Shown here: piece by piece, positions 42,001 through 52,319 of the stretch | Position numbering within the stretch: position 1 is the first letter of the stretch | Layout of the letters: each line of letters starts with the position of its first letter | NCBI GenBank assembly: GCA_002633005.1 | Contig: NMRA01000333.1 | Coordinates: 248,001 to 312,000 of the forward strand | DNA from: Phoronis australis | Lineage: Eukaryota; Animalia; Phoronida | DNA: 64,000 bases | Direction of reading: 5' to 3' | The notes under the pieces: model-generated | Told to the model about the DNA's origin: nothing | Databases searched by the model: none | The model's input: the letters and a program-made list of their open reading frames with translations, nothing else | Program-made: the position numbers and the translations under genes

Positions 42001-43661
42001 GTTAGGAACGTTGAATGCGCGACGCAGTGCGAGAACGTGGTCCAAGGATAATACTAGTCTGATGGAGGATAATATAGTTTTATTACATACTCTTCTACTG
42101 ATACTACTGAGTCTGTTACAATCCATGCGATCATACACTAATATAGTGACATACATGAATCATAACAGGATATACTGAACAAACATGTTCACTACAATTC
42201 CTCATGTTGGGGGTGTATTACGTAGTACGTAATCTTACAGATGTGATAAGGTTTATACTCTTCACAAATAAGTGAATGTTGGGAAATTGTTTGGTTTTCA
42301 TTTTACAAAGAAATACTGAAGACTGGAAGTATGACAAGATTTCCAAGACAATAATATGTCCAGACAGGGCTCATGACCAGCATCTTGGGCATGTTCAACT
42401 ATGTAAAACTTGAGATATCTTAGTTTGACGTTGCAGATTCTTGCGCCCCATTCAGTTTGTCCAGCCACACATGAATTGAAGCATAGAGATCCAGGAACTA
42501 GAGACCACCAGAAAATAGCAATTAACTTTTTAATGTTCTCACCAGGTGTTTTTGGCGTGGTGGCTACCCGCATTCAAAGTTTGAGCTCCACGCTCAAATG
42601 TCACCACGATATTCAAACTTTGAACCCTCGCTCAAATCTTGATTGTCCTACAAACCATTTTTAAGTGGCCCAACGCGCAAATGTTGAGTTGCCAGCCACA
42701 AATTTCAATCTGGTGCTGCCCTCTGCAGTCAGAATCTTACTAATTTTTGCAACTTGTTACCTATGTCAAAGTTATGTTATAATATATCCAACACAGAGGT
42801 CTCCTATTCAGGGCTTAACTCAATCAGTTATTGATGGCGTTGCGACGTTACCACCAAGCTCAACTCCAGTCCCGGTAAGAGCACTCATTTCCAGTACAAA
42901 TTTAAACAAAAACACCGTCACTTACTAACCTGATAACCGTGTCATACAAGGTCACATCATCGGGGTACGTAATGAGTAAAGGAATGAGGTCATTCTGTAC
43001 AATCTGGGCGTGGCCGAGCTGTCTGCGAATGTCACATGTTTCATCTTCCCGTTTCAGAAAACGTAACAGATCTTTCACCGTTTCTACAATGCAACAAAAC
43101 CAACAATTTTTAAACTTAGAAGTTTCAAAATTTGTGTTTCAAAGTACAGTGTACAGATCATTGCAATAACAGTTACATTCTGATAAGCAAGATTACTGAG
43201 AAGTTTTCCTTCAATGCACATCACGAAAACTTTAACGTTAACATGGATGCTAGCAACAGGTCTAATGCTCAACTTGTACTCCAAGCTACGACACTGAACT
43301 ATTTCGAATTGTTCACAACTTCTCAAGGGGTCATTTCCAAATTTATATAATGTGACCGTAACTAGAGTGCTTAAAAAACAACAGGCACTGAATACGGAAA
43401 ACTATCTGATAATGCTAATTAACACTTTGGATGTTCTGAGAAGTTTACTTTAGTCGATGTCTTGAATCCACATACATGTATCGTACGGTATCCTTCCACC
43501 AGAGGCACCTGGTGGTCACAAAAGTCACTACGCACTGACCATGTCGTTTCAATAGTCCTTTGTGGACACTCACCCAAACAGTCCGGCTCCTTGACATAAT
43601 TTTTTCCTTCCAAATATCCCAAAGCACTGCAGGTGGCCTGAAGCTCCACATGCATCACCAT
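17857..43661 (-). CDS. TIMELESS: Protein timeless homolog (TIMELESS/timeout/TIM2 type), spliced gene, 3' end not found in window
   Basis: 22 GT-AG exons with consistent phases, 2929 nt in total: 43661-43574, 43083-42930, 41788-41608, 40721-40620, 39982-39942, 39308-39194, 38547-38483, 37844-37511, 36548-36436, 36123-35915, 35224-35146, 34725-34586, 34088-33842, 33195-33098, 30660-30586 (duplicate 29632-29558), 27971-27902, 26612-26405, 25149-25004, 24036-23951, 23619-23487, 19107-19025, 18018-17857. Translation has hallmark TIMELESS motifs [55 protein letters not shown]. Confidence 0.96.
19025..19107 (-). CDS. TIMELESS: TIMELESS coding exon 21
   Basis: [27 protein letters not shown] (second Myb-like repeat); further candidate acceptors lie upstream. 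Confidence 0.88.
19091..19365. repeat. 60-bp tandem repeat spanning the TIMELESS exon 21 acceptor
   Basis: ACTTGGGCGAGACGACCTGTCATAATAAA..CACAAGTTTTGAAACTTTAAGACAAC, about 4.5 copies. Confidence 0.93.
19602..21270 (-). mobile_element. Same HINE-like family, right-truncated copy
   Basis: Same left terminus; about 445-bp higher-order repeat (20304 vs 20749). Confidence 0.72.
21739..22254. mobile_element. hAT-type MITE with 8-bp target-site duplication
   Basis: TIR CAGGCCTTTAT...ATAAAGGCCTG; CCGTACAT on both sides (21731-21738, 22255-22262). Confidence 0.88.
22520..22713. mobile_element. PIF/Harbinger-like MITE
   Basis: TIR GGGCTGTTCTAGCAAA...TTTGCTGGAACAGCCC flanked by TGA on both sides. Confidence 0.65.
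23487..23619 (-). CDS. TIMELESS: TIMELESS coding exon 20
   Basis: [29 protein letters not shown]. Confidence 0.9.
23951..24036 (-). CDS. TIMELESS: TIMELESS coding exon 19
   Basis: [20 protein letters not shown] (first Myb-like repeat). Confidence 0.9.
25004..25149 (-). CDS. TIMELESS: TIMELESS coding exon 18
   Basis: [14 protein letters not shown]...[13 protein letters not shown]...EGYGS. Confidence 0.93.
25796..26060 (-). mobile_element. Degenerate left end of the HINE-like family
   Basis: AACAAGAGTAACG terminus and CTACTAGGTGGCGC subunit. Confidence 0.5.
26405..26612 (-). CDS. TIMELESS: TIMELESS coding exon 17
   Basis: [41 protein letters not shown]... Confidence 0.93.
26950..27302 (+). 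mobile_element. Penelope-like retroelement remnant (frameshifted GIY-YIG endonuclease)
   Basis: YQLSC...[16 protein letters not shown], frame change, then [19 protein letters not shown]...MNRDQGLQL: the typical PLE GIY-YIG C-terminus. Confidence 0.78.
27902..27971 (-). CDS. TIMELESS: TIMELESS coding exon 16
   Basis: [23 protein letters not shown]. Confidence 0.88.
30586..30660 (-). CDS. TIMELESS: TIMELESS coding exon 15 (acidic linker; second copy at 29558-29632)
   Basis: [24 protein letters not shown]; 75 nt, phase 1-1. Confidence 0.75.
30900..31407. mobile_element. MITE with CAGGGCTTGGAAT termini (truncated duplicate starting about 29869)
   Basis: CAGGGCTTGGAAT...ATTCCAAGCCTTG; ATTCT on both flanks. 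Confidence 0.65.
31498..32966 (-). mobile_element. Non-autonomous Helentron/HINE-like element, apparently complete, with internal ~145-bp tandem subunits
   Basis: Left end AACAAGAGCAACG..CGT hairpin plus TGCACCCAC; right end GGACGCC repeats, hairpin CCACATAT..ATATGTGG and inverted GTGGGCGCA; A-rich flanks, no TSD. Confidence 0.75.
33098..33195 (-). CDS. TIMELESS: TIMELESS coding exon 14
   Basis: [32 protein letters not shown]. Confidence 0.92.
33842..34088 (-). CDS. TIMELESS: TIMELESS coding exon 13
   Basis: ...[18 protein letters not shown]...AVALFRAAR. Confidence 0.92.
34586..34725 (-). CDS. TIMELESS: TIMELESS coding exon 12
   Basis: [21 protein letters not shown]...[10 protein letters not shown] (basic NLS-like stretch). 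Confidence 0.93.
35146..35224 (-). CDS. TIMELESS: TIMELESS coding exon 11
   Basis: [25 protein letters not shown]. Confidence 0.92.
35405..35543. repeat. Hexamer microsatellite (AGCATC/AGTATT/AGTATC)
   Basis: Direct tandem 6/12-bp units. Confidence 0.92.
35915..36123 (-). CDS. TIMELESS: TIMELESS coding exon 10
   Basis: [15 protein letters not shown]...[16 protein letters not shown]... Confidence 0.94.
36436..36548 (-). CDS. TIMELESS: TIMELESS coding exon 9
   Basis: [28 protein letters not shown]... Confidence 0.93.
37511..37844 (-). CDS. TIMELESS: TIMELESS coding exon 8
   Basis: ...[12 protein letters not shown]...[18 protein letters not shown]; donor GTGAGT. Confidence 0.95.
38483..38547 (-). 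CDS. TIMELESS: TIMELESS coding exon 7
   Basis: [22 protein letters not shown]; phases match neighbours. Confidence 0.88.
39067..39210. repeat. 56-bp tandem repeat spanning the TIMELESS exon 6 donor
   Basis: GAATTCARCTCACCTGTTC at 39069, 39125, 39181. Confidence 0.9.
39194..39308 (-). CDS. TIMELESS: TIMELESS coding exon 6
   Basis: [38 protein letters not shown]; donor GTGAGT. Confidence 0.93.
39942..39982 (-). CDS. TIMELESS: TIMELESS coding exon 5
   Basis: [14 protein letters not shown]; 41 nt, donor GTAAGT. Confidence 0.9.
40041..40237. mobile_element. Small MITE with about 40-bp imperfect TIRs
   Basis: CTTATTCACGCAGTCGCCATTTTAACAGTGAGCCTC...GAGGCTCACTTTTAAAATGGCGACTTGTGAATAAG. Confidence 0.65.
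40620..40721 (-). CDS. TIMELESS: TIMELESS coding exon 4
   Basis: [34 protein letters not shown]; donor GTAGG. Confidence 0.92.
41608..41788 (-). CDS. TIMELESS: TIMELESS coding exon 3
   Basis: [13 protein letters not shown]...YKEAFANE...LLQL; donor GTGAGT. Confidence 0.93.
42930..43083 (-). CDS. TIMELESS: TIMELESS coding exon 2
   Basis: [37 protein letters not shown]...; TAG acceptor, GTTAGT donor. Confidence 0.93.
43574..43661 (-). CDS. TIMELESS: TIMELESS coding exon 1
   Basis: [29 protein letters not shown]; GCCATGG start context; donor GTGAGT. Confidence 0.93.
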
Positions 43662-44713
43662 GGCGATGTCTCCCGATCTGATGAAACAGGCAGAATGAAA
43701 AGTTACACGTTTAGCATTTGCTGCTAAGATCTATAAACCTGATATTCACCAAAAACATTTAAAACAATTCTTCACTTATTTAGCGCACAACGTTATGGCG
43801 GCCGACAAGTGAAATTCTCTTATCAATGTTAAGTTCATCCACATATCAAAGTAAATATTAAGAACATTTTTGTCCATCATAAACATGGTTTACAGTGTGT
43901 AGATGATGCAAAACGACATCTTGCTCAAGTTTCAATAATTAGCTGAAAAGGTAATTACCAAAAAGTTCACCAACTGAAAATTGGAAAAACATCTAATATT
44001 TCAGTGATTATTTCTGTGGGGCTTAAGGGGAGACTTACCGTAATTTCGATTCAGAGAGCTGCATATTCATACAAGTTTGCACTTTAGGCTTGTCAGTAGG
44101 CTACACAGTACGATGGAAACTTACTTTAATCTGATAGAACATTACCTCTAGTATTCACCTTATGAGTAAAACATGGAGTACTACAGACAATATTATGCAC
44201 AGGAATATAGAGGCACCGAAAGTCTGGGGAGTATTCAGTAGATCACTAGTTTTCCGCTCGAAAAGCAAGACTGCGAGATATCGTTATGTACTTTCAACGG
44301 AAGCGCGACCATGAGCATATGAATAACTGCATGATGAACTTGACTCAGGCGAGGTCGCAATCTCGACACTAAATTACTCAGGGGTTGGCCAGTATGACTG
44401 CCTGTTGCTTGCCTTTCCATCACAGTCATTCATTATGACCCAGAACGTAGGTAAAGCAACAGGTAATCACGTGTCACACGGTGCAAAGATTGCAAACCTC
44501 GCGAGTCTTCCTCAATATCTTTATCAACGGTGTCTGTTACCTGTAATGGTATACGAGTACGCAATATTACTTTCTTTATTTACATGATGCATACTAGAAT
44601 GTTCTAACAGATCGAAATAAGGTCCCATGCTTAGTACTGGCCCACTTACTTGTCTACATAGTCTAACAGTAACACTGCCACTCACTATGACTCAGTCTCA
44701 TTGGGCACTGCCG

Positions 44714-44828
44714 CTGGTCGGATATAGCGGCTCCTGATTTAGAGAATCAAACAAGTCACTGGATAACGGGCCCGTTACTTAGCGGATGAAACTGGTTCTC
44801 TAAATCAGAGACCACTATATCTGACCAG
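44714..44828. mobile_element. Short palindromic (foldback) element
   Basis: CTGGTCGGATATAG..TGATTTAGAGAA...TTCTCTAAATCA..CTATATCTGACCAG. Confidence 0.6.
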
Positions 44829-45730
44829 TGCAGATTCGCCACTGCCATAGACAACAAGCAGCCCCTCGGTTGCCCGGTTAGGCATTCACTTCAGTTCAGG
44901 GCGACGTAATTGCCTACCAGTACCACTCAGTACCACTGCCATTGAAAAAATCAACGTACACGCCACGAAATCGAAGGAATTCGACGAGCATTTTCTCGAA
45001 CGACTGTTTTATAAGTTTAAATTGTACTTTAAATGAACTACTAGGCAAATACTTACGATTATTAACAAAGATGTACAAGATTTTCAACTGAAAAATGAAT
45101 GCAACCGGGAAAAACAAGTAAGCAAGACGAAAATGGCGCTAAAATATACACTGTTAACCTTTGACCTTCACTGGCCGCATCAACTAATAAGTGATTTTAA
45201 TAAGGTCTTCAAACGGTACAATTAAGATGTTAAATAGATGGAAATATGTATTAAGAGAAAGAAATTTGAACGCGTGTACACTAAATATAGCGTATGGGGT
45301 CCTATATTGACATAATGTGATTACCAGATAGTGAATTATATTAAANTTTCTCGAACGACTGTTTTATAAGCTTAAATTGTACTTTAAGTGAACTGCTAGG
45401 CAAATACTTACGATTATTAACAAAGATGTACAAGATTTTCAACTGAAAAATGAATGCAACCGGGAAAAACAAGTAAGCAAGACGAAAATGGCGCTAAAAT
45501 ATACACTGTTAACCTTTGACCTTCACTGGCCGCATCAACTAATAAGTGATTTTAATAAGGTCTTCAAACGGTACAATTAAGATGTTAAATAGATGGAAAT
45601 ATGTATTAAGAGAAAGAAATTTGAACGCGTGTACACTAAATATAGCGTATGGGGTCCTATATTGACATAATGTGATTACCAGATAGTGAATTATATTAAA
45701 TACATAAAGAATGTCAAGTTTGTCCAATGA

Positions 45731-45802
45731 GCCTCTGTAGCTCAGTGGCAGAGCACTGGTCTCGTAAACCAGGGGTCACGAGTTCAAATCTCGTCAGGGG
45801 CT
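45731..45802 (+). tRNA. tRNA-Thr (anticodon CGT)
   Basis: Full cloverleaf: acceptor GCCTCTG/CAGGGGC, D-arm GCTC/GAGC, anticodon stem CTGGT/ACCAG with loop CT-CGT-AA, T-arm ACGAG-TTCAAAT-CTCGT, discriminator T; TTTT terminator at about 45810. Confidence 0.95.
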
Positions 45803-48800
45803 ACATGAGTTTTACAAATTTTTATGATCAATAAATGACTTTTAAATTCATTTGGACCAGAATAAAATAGTACATTTTTAAAACCGTAGGCTAATTACAT
45901 CATGGGATGAATCCATCTTGCCAATGGTCCACCATATGCGACTCGCGCTGGGACCGGTCTCTTCCGTCGATCGGAGGATCGGTGCGTTCAGAGTACCCAA
46001 TCGATCCAGACGACAACGGATTGTAGAAGCATGATCATCATTTGTTTTACTTGTTTTTGGTTAATAGCCACCCAGGCTCAGTCTTATGTCCGATGTCACG
46101 ACGCAAACGCCGATTATCACTGACAACGCTGAATTGAATACATTCAAGTTCACCGAACCACTCCGCCTAAAAACCGATAGCACTCTGACTGAGAGCGTTT
46201 TGCTCAAGACTTGATTGTTACGTAGGCCTACTTCTTCCTCGAATTAACATCGAGGGTTCCGTCACTAACTTTTCAGGAGGAATGCAATTTCAGAAGCCCA
46301 ACCGTTAAAACTAAAATACCAGTTTCTTTCCTTGACATTTCAAGTTATTTCAGCCATGGAGATTGCATGCCCTGCGAAACTCAGTAGGCGTTACCTGTAT
46401 TGTTTCCTACTAGCAATTCGCTTAGATTACACGTCCTGCGATGCTTGGCCTATCTTGCCAAGTAAATTCCACCCAACTTCCCAGTACAATTTGTTTTTTG
46501 ACACCTACACCCGTCCTACCAGAAATCGCGACTGTGGATCGAGCAGAACGGATGCATTTCTGCAACATATGCAAACTGGCATTGGATCATCAGTCAGTCG
46601 ACGAAGGTTTACATGATCAATTGAAGTATATAACCGTATCTAGGGCCTATTCAGTATTGAAACAAATCCAAACTATACTTGGATCACCTGATCAGTGCGG
46701 CGGGCACGGGCCGGGGGCACGTAACCCGACAAAACTATAATGGCATTTGATCGACCTCATTAGTCCGGAGATATAATTTCTACTATTCGTACGGCTGACT
46801 CGCCGTGAATTTGGTCCCTTTGAAATTTCGAGTCTACAACACTAAGCGTGAAAAGGGTATAAACGTGAAGTCGGTCCGATGTCCTTTTTTCTTTGCCGGT
46901 GGTACGGGTTAAAGCCTTCATTCCTTGAATCCGATTTTATTATTAGTTTAGATGTATTGGCTAACCAGCCATGATTGTCCTAGCAAAGTCTCAGCAAAAA
47001 GGGAAAACGTGAGTTTAATAACTCAAATGATAGGTGAAGTTGCCTTTTCGTGCCATATTGCGTCGCAGCACAAAGAACAAAAGGTCGATAGCAGTTGTCA
47101 GTATTGAATAGGGGTCTGAATCGATAGAATACAATTGTGTGGTGGTTTTGGTAGCTGCTGCTTGAATAAATTGGCGATTCTCGCTGTGACTTACACAAAA
47201 GGTAGCAATAAGCCAAATGGTTCATTACATTAGGCAATTTATGAAACTTGGGTGGGCTCAGGCGCGAGTGTACAGATTTGCAGACGTTACCATGCAGTTC
47301 AAGATAGGGTTTAAAGATATATTTGCATGCTCATACATGTAACTTATGCTAATGTATAGCAGGAATTATACAATAATGCTATTTTAACATCATCTACGCT
47401 AAGTGCAGTTGTTTTCATCATGTTCATTGACAACTTGTAAACGTGAAAATAAAAAATTCTGCAAATAGGTGACACTTGCACTAATATTTTATTACTTCAC
47501 TTGGAGGCTCACATAACCCGCATCATGCAAAGTTATTAACGGACACCACGTCACGATACTTACCCTAGACACGGTTGAGTGATTTACGGCGGATGATTTT
47601 CATGAGATAAAACTCGTTCTTAAAAACACATTAATTTTGGCAATTTTCAACCTATTGGTTCACATCGTCGCTTATATTTCGTGTTTCTAATGAGTGAGGA
47701 CCCAGGAACACGCGTTCCAACGAGGTGCTAACATTGGGCTTTGCGACCAACCGTAAAACAAACGCCACATTTTAAATGTACCGAATGTCGCCATGCGTGT
47801 CCGATAGCATGAACTCTTTCACAATTGCAGGTCAAGGCGAAAGGATAAAGTTGACGACTGAAAACCACACATAACAAAAGCTACTTTGAAAAGAATGTGC
47901 ACAACGAATGTATCCACTTGTTTTAAAAATGCCGCATTTTTAAAACAATTAGTAATTTCCCGTGACAATCGTGTCTAATGCTTTCCTCGACAAGTGACCA
48001 ACACTGACCTCTGAGATCCAAAGTGAGGACCCTTAACCGGCACATAAGCAAATTGTGAAAACGTTTACTTAAAAAATAATAATAGATTAGTAAATTAACT
48101 GAGCTGTTACTTAATCCTCACTACGCATATTAGATCTACTTGAATAATCTCATACTGCAGATTACGTATTATGAAGCACAGGCGCTCGAGTTTATCTGTG
48201 GCTCGATCATCATCGGGGCCACTCACTACTAAGAAAGCATATAATTATATGGTTATGAGTCATCGGGAAGTTCGAGCGCCTGTGTTATGATGAAGGGCGT
48301 AATTTTGCGTAACCTTATTAGAAAGATAACGATTTTGGGAGCAATCGGCAGCATTCCCTTCTTTAAAATATAAAAACCACGCGAAATTAGCACCACCAGG
48401 TCCAAAATTCCATTCCAGTGATCAGGGCTTGGGACGACCAATGACAAAAAATGAGGCGATGCATCTTTCCACAAATGAATAGGGTTGAGCGACAGAATGA
48501 TATATTTGTGTTGTAAACTTTAACTGATATAACGCTTTTGCTTGAATAAAGTCAAAATTGTGATAAAAAAGAGTCGAAAAAAGAGTAAACTGGAAATCAA
48601 ATAAGCAAAAGTCGAAACCAAAAAGAGAAAATCCTCCTAAAAGAGGAGAATGCCAAACCCTGAATGATTCAAAATTCCTTCAAGGTTAGAAGTACTACTG
48701 TGGAATCTAAGGCACGGGCACCTTGCACCTCAGGAGAGCAAGAACCAAGCCGTAAGAAGTCTTGATACACAGCGCTTGGTCATATACTTATTCAAACAAT

Positions 48801-48976
48801 CCAAAAATTAAGAGGGGCTTCTGGGTTCCACAGTATCGAACATCACCATCACGATCTCTATCAGCCTCTACAGAGCTGATCAGCACAGCCTTCAGCCAAT
48901 ATGCAAAAATGCCATAGTATCACCCTACTCTTTCACAGTGCTACGAAAGGTAATATTGTTTAACATGGCTTCTAAA

Positions 48977-50257
48977 AACAAGAGCAACGCGGAGCGTTGA
49001 AATGCGCCCACGAACGCATCGCAAACGGTGAGCTTTTAGGGTTGTTTATTTGTGTCATAAAAATGGCCACTAGATGGTGCAAAAACGTACAATCCATTCG
49101 AAAATGGGAACATGTCATAGCTTTTTTAATAGAAAGATATTCACCAAATTTCATAGAAATCTGTCATGGAACTTCAGAGAAACAAAGGAAAACAGAATAA
49201 AATGAAAACTGCCACTAAGGAGCACAGTGTTCATTGGATCCCCCTGAAAGCCGTCATTGTCTGTAGTTAGCTTCATATAATACACTTACTAAATTTAATA
49301 AAGATCCAGCAGTGGGTTTAGGAGATACAGCTATGGGCGCAAAACAAAACAAGACTACAATTATAGACGGCACAGTAGTCAAAGTCGTCATCGTCAACCA
49401 TTCTCTTCACACAGAGAACAAAAACGCCAATTTTCAAAACCATCCTTAGAATGATGTGCTTTATAGAGGGGTGGACGCCAAAAAACAGACTCGAAAACAG
49501 CAAAAATGGCCACTAGGTGGCGCAAAATACCTCGATTCCATTAAAAAAGCGGGATAGCGTCACCTAACCAACAGATGCCTGACTGTATTCAAAATTTTAT
49601 GAAAATCCGTTGAGGACCCTTGAAGACATAGATGTAAACGTAAAATCTAAAATTGCCATCAGGGTGCACACCAGTAGTCAGATCCGTCCGAAAGTCGTCG
49701 TTCTTTGTCAACATCATATAAATACCCTTGTTAAATTTAGTGAAGATCCTGCAAACGGTTTAGGAGATACAACCATGAGCGCAAAAAAAACGAAACTGCC
49801 ACTAGGAGGCGCCACAGTAGCTGAAGTCATCGGAAAATCATCGTCAACTGTCTTCCTCATAGTAAGAACAAACATGCCAATTTTCACAATCATCCTTAAA
49901 GTGGTTTGGTTGTTAGAGGAGCGGACGCCAAAAAACAAACTCGAAAACGGTAAAAATGGCCACTAGGTGGCGCAAACTAAGTACAATCCATCTGAAAACG
50001 GAAAGATAGCGTCACCACACTAACAGAAGCCTGTACGCCAAATTTTTTGAAAATACGTTAAGGACCTTTGAAGATACAGAGGTTAACATAAAAAAATGAA
50101 ATTGCCACCAGGGGGCACATCAGTAGTCAAATCCGTCCAAAAGTCGTCGTCGTCCTTTGTCAACATCATATAAATGCACTTACTAAATTTAGTAAAGATC
50201 CTGCAGACGGACGGACGGAATAATGCGTCTACATATAAATATGTGGACGCTTAAAAA
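48977..50257 (-). mobile_element. Same HINE-like family, apparently complete copy
   Basis: AACAAGAG-CAACGC-GGA-GCGTTG hairpin, TGCGCCCAC subterminal repeat, GACG microsatellite at about 50205-50218, terminal hairpin GCGTCTACATAT-AA-ATATGTGGACGC. Confidence 0.78.
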
Positions 50258-52249
50258 TGAAACCGACGTCATACCATTCAGTCATTCCCATTGACTGAAA
50301 TCTGGGAAACCCCTTTCAGTTTACTGTTAGGTAGTATGGCGACCACCTTTGACACCACTAGTTGTAATTTATTAAAATGGACAGTGAAGAAAGTAAACAA
50401 AATCAAAAGAACCCCATTCCAGTGGCTTAAGCCCAAACAAATGCAGTGCATAAAAGTGTGTGCAAATGGTGGCTATGTGACCAGTATACTTCGGACCAAG
50501 CAAGCCCACTAATGCACACACACAAATTCCGTGTGTCCTACATCATGTTTCCAAAGGGCCACTTTTCAGTATAGGCGACACTGTGTCAGAGGGTAAGTAT
50601 CATTGTTGGCACAGTTGTCCATAATGCCACAAGATCTTCCTGTCCCAGAGAGGGGACAAATACAGCAACAGTGGAAATGCCCAAATTGAAAAAAATAACA
50701 TCGTAAATCTTTTATATTATAAAAAATATATTATCTAAATATTTTGTTTGCATACAAACAGGAATTTATGCGTTAATTTAACAAAACAAGATTCATGTTT
50801 CATGATTACAAGGACTACAAAATACCCGGAGTGATGACCATATATACATATGAAATGTGACAAACAGAAAGTCCTGTTACCATGACGACACAGATAAGAT
50901 GACAAGAGATGGACACACACATATACAACTATGTATAATTTTCTCTCCCAGTAAAAAATGATTAAAACAATTAGCAATCTCCCAGTGGTGGACAGAAATA
51001 ATTATTCAACAAAAGACGAAAAGAAACGAAGACCTCCAAGACAGACAGTTACTACAGAATTCAAGAGCCAAGAAACTCCTCAGTTTGTACGTGTTGAATG
51101 CACAAAATGTGACCATCTTCTCAGCCTCTTGAATTTACCATATTACTCAACGGGAGCTTCAAAAATGTTGTTATGCAATGAACACCAACTACCAAGAGCA
51201 TCACAAAAATATTAGTTAATGTTCTCTCACTGATAACCACATCTTTGGTATAAGGACAATGACACATAAGTCCCGTCCACACACAGCCTACCCTAGAACA
51301 ACTTGCACCAGTGCAACTTACTTCACTTTGAGTGGAGTGTCCGCACACATCCACTAACTAGGGTAAGACAGAAGGTGTCGCTCTGTGTGTGACAATGAAC
51401 ACCTAATGCCAATACACACGCAAGAGAAAACCCACCTGTACGTAACCACAGGTGACAATTACTTCCACCCTACCCCACTTTACACTCACACAGTGATGAC
51501 AAGTGCCGCAAGTTACCCTAGTACAAGTTACCCCACCTCAATAATGTGGAGTAAGTTGTCACAAGATGGGGTAAGTTGCACTAGCCTAGATAGCGTCCAG
51601 ATAGCACTCAAGCCTAACGACATCTCGTAGTTATAACTTGTTCTGGGGTAAGTCTGTGTGTGGATGGTACTATAGGTTACATGCTGTCATTATTACCAGA
51701 CCTGAAGCCTATGATCTGAGTGAGGTCATGGTTTCCATGTCAACTCAATACGCAACAATCAAGACGGTCTCCATTCCCACAGCAAGAGCACTGCACAGAC
51801 ATAGATGTAACATGTCAACACGTCCTACAGTCCTAGGGATAACCATGGCCGACTCGCTTCACCAAAAACACATACCGTAATCTCTAACAATCGTAATCAC
51901 AAACACAACTTGAATCAAAAACGTGCCCGTTTCCACGACAACACCCACTTCATATTGATGAGGGCATGTGACAAAATCTGTGTGATTACCACTCATTGCC
52001 TGACCTGGTCAAGTCAACATTCCACAAATACAATGGAAAATCTGCTCTTGAAAAGTACAAGCTGGACTATGAACCCTACTCATAGCTTTGACGACTGAGA
52101 AACAGCAAAATTACCGATTTCTACCTAAGCCTAAGGACATACAGGCCCATGGCCCATCATAAATTGCTGTAGTTGGTATCTAGATGGTCAGCTTGTGGCT
52201 GGTGAACAGACCCTTATTTGAATATTTAGTGACTATAACCACACCGTGG

Positions 52250-52319
52250 TCATGTGACTTCCATACACACTTGATTGTCTACTGTGGACTGTAAGCAGGA
52301 GCTGTCCTCGAGATTTTCA
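52250..52319 (-). CDS. EPC1: EPC terminal coding exon
   Basis: ENLEDSSCLQSTVDNQVCMEVT-TGA; MEVT is the conserved EPC C-terminus. Confidence 0.88.

Noticed and set aside
44468-44473. CACGTG E-box near the TIMELESS start suggesting clock control
   Set aside because: A single hexamer is expected by chance, and the protein is TIM2/timeout type, not Drosophila clock TIM1
44992-45700. About 355-bp tandem duplication of the TIMELESS upstream region
   Set aside because: Near-identical copies joined at a single N (45346); typical unmerged contig overlap
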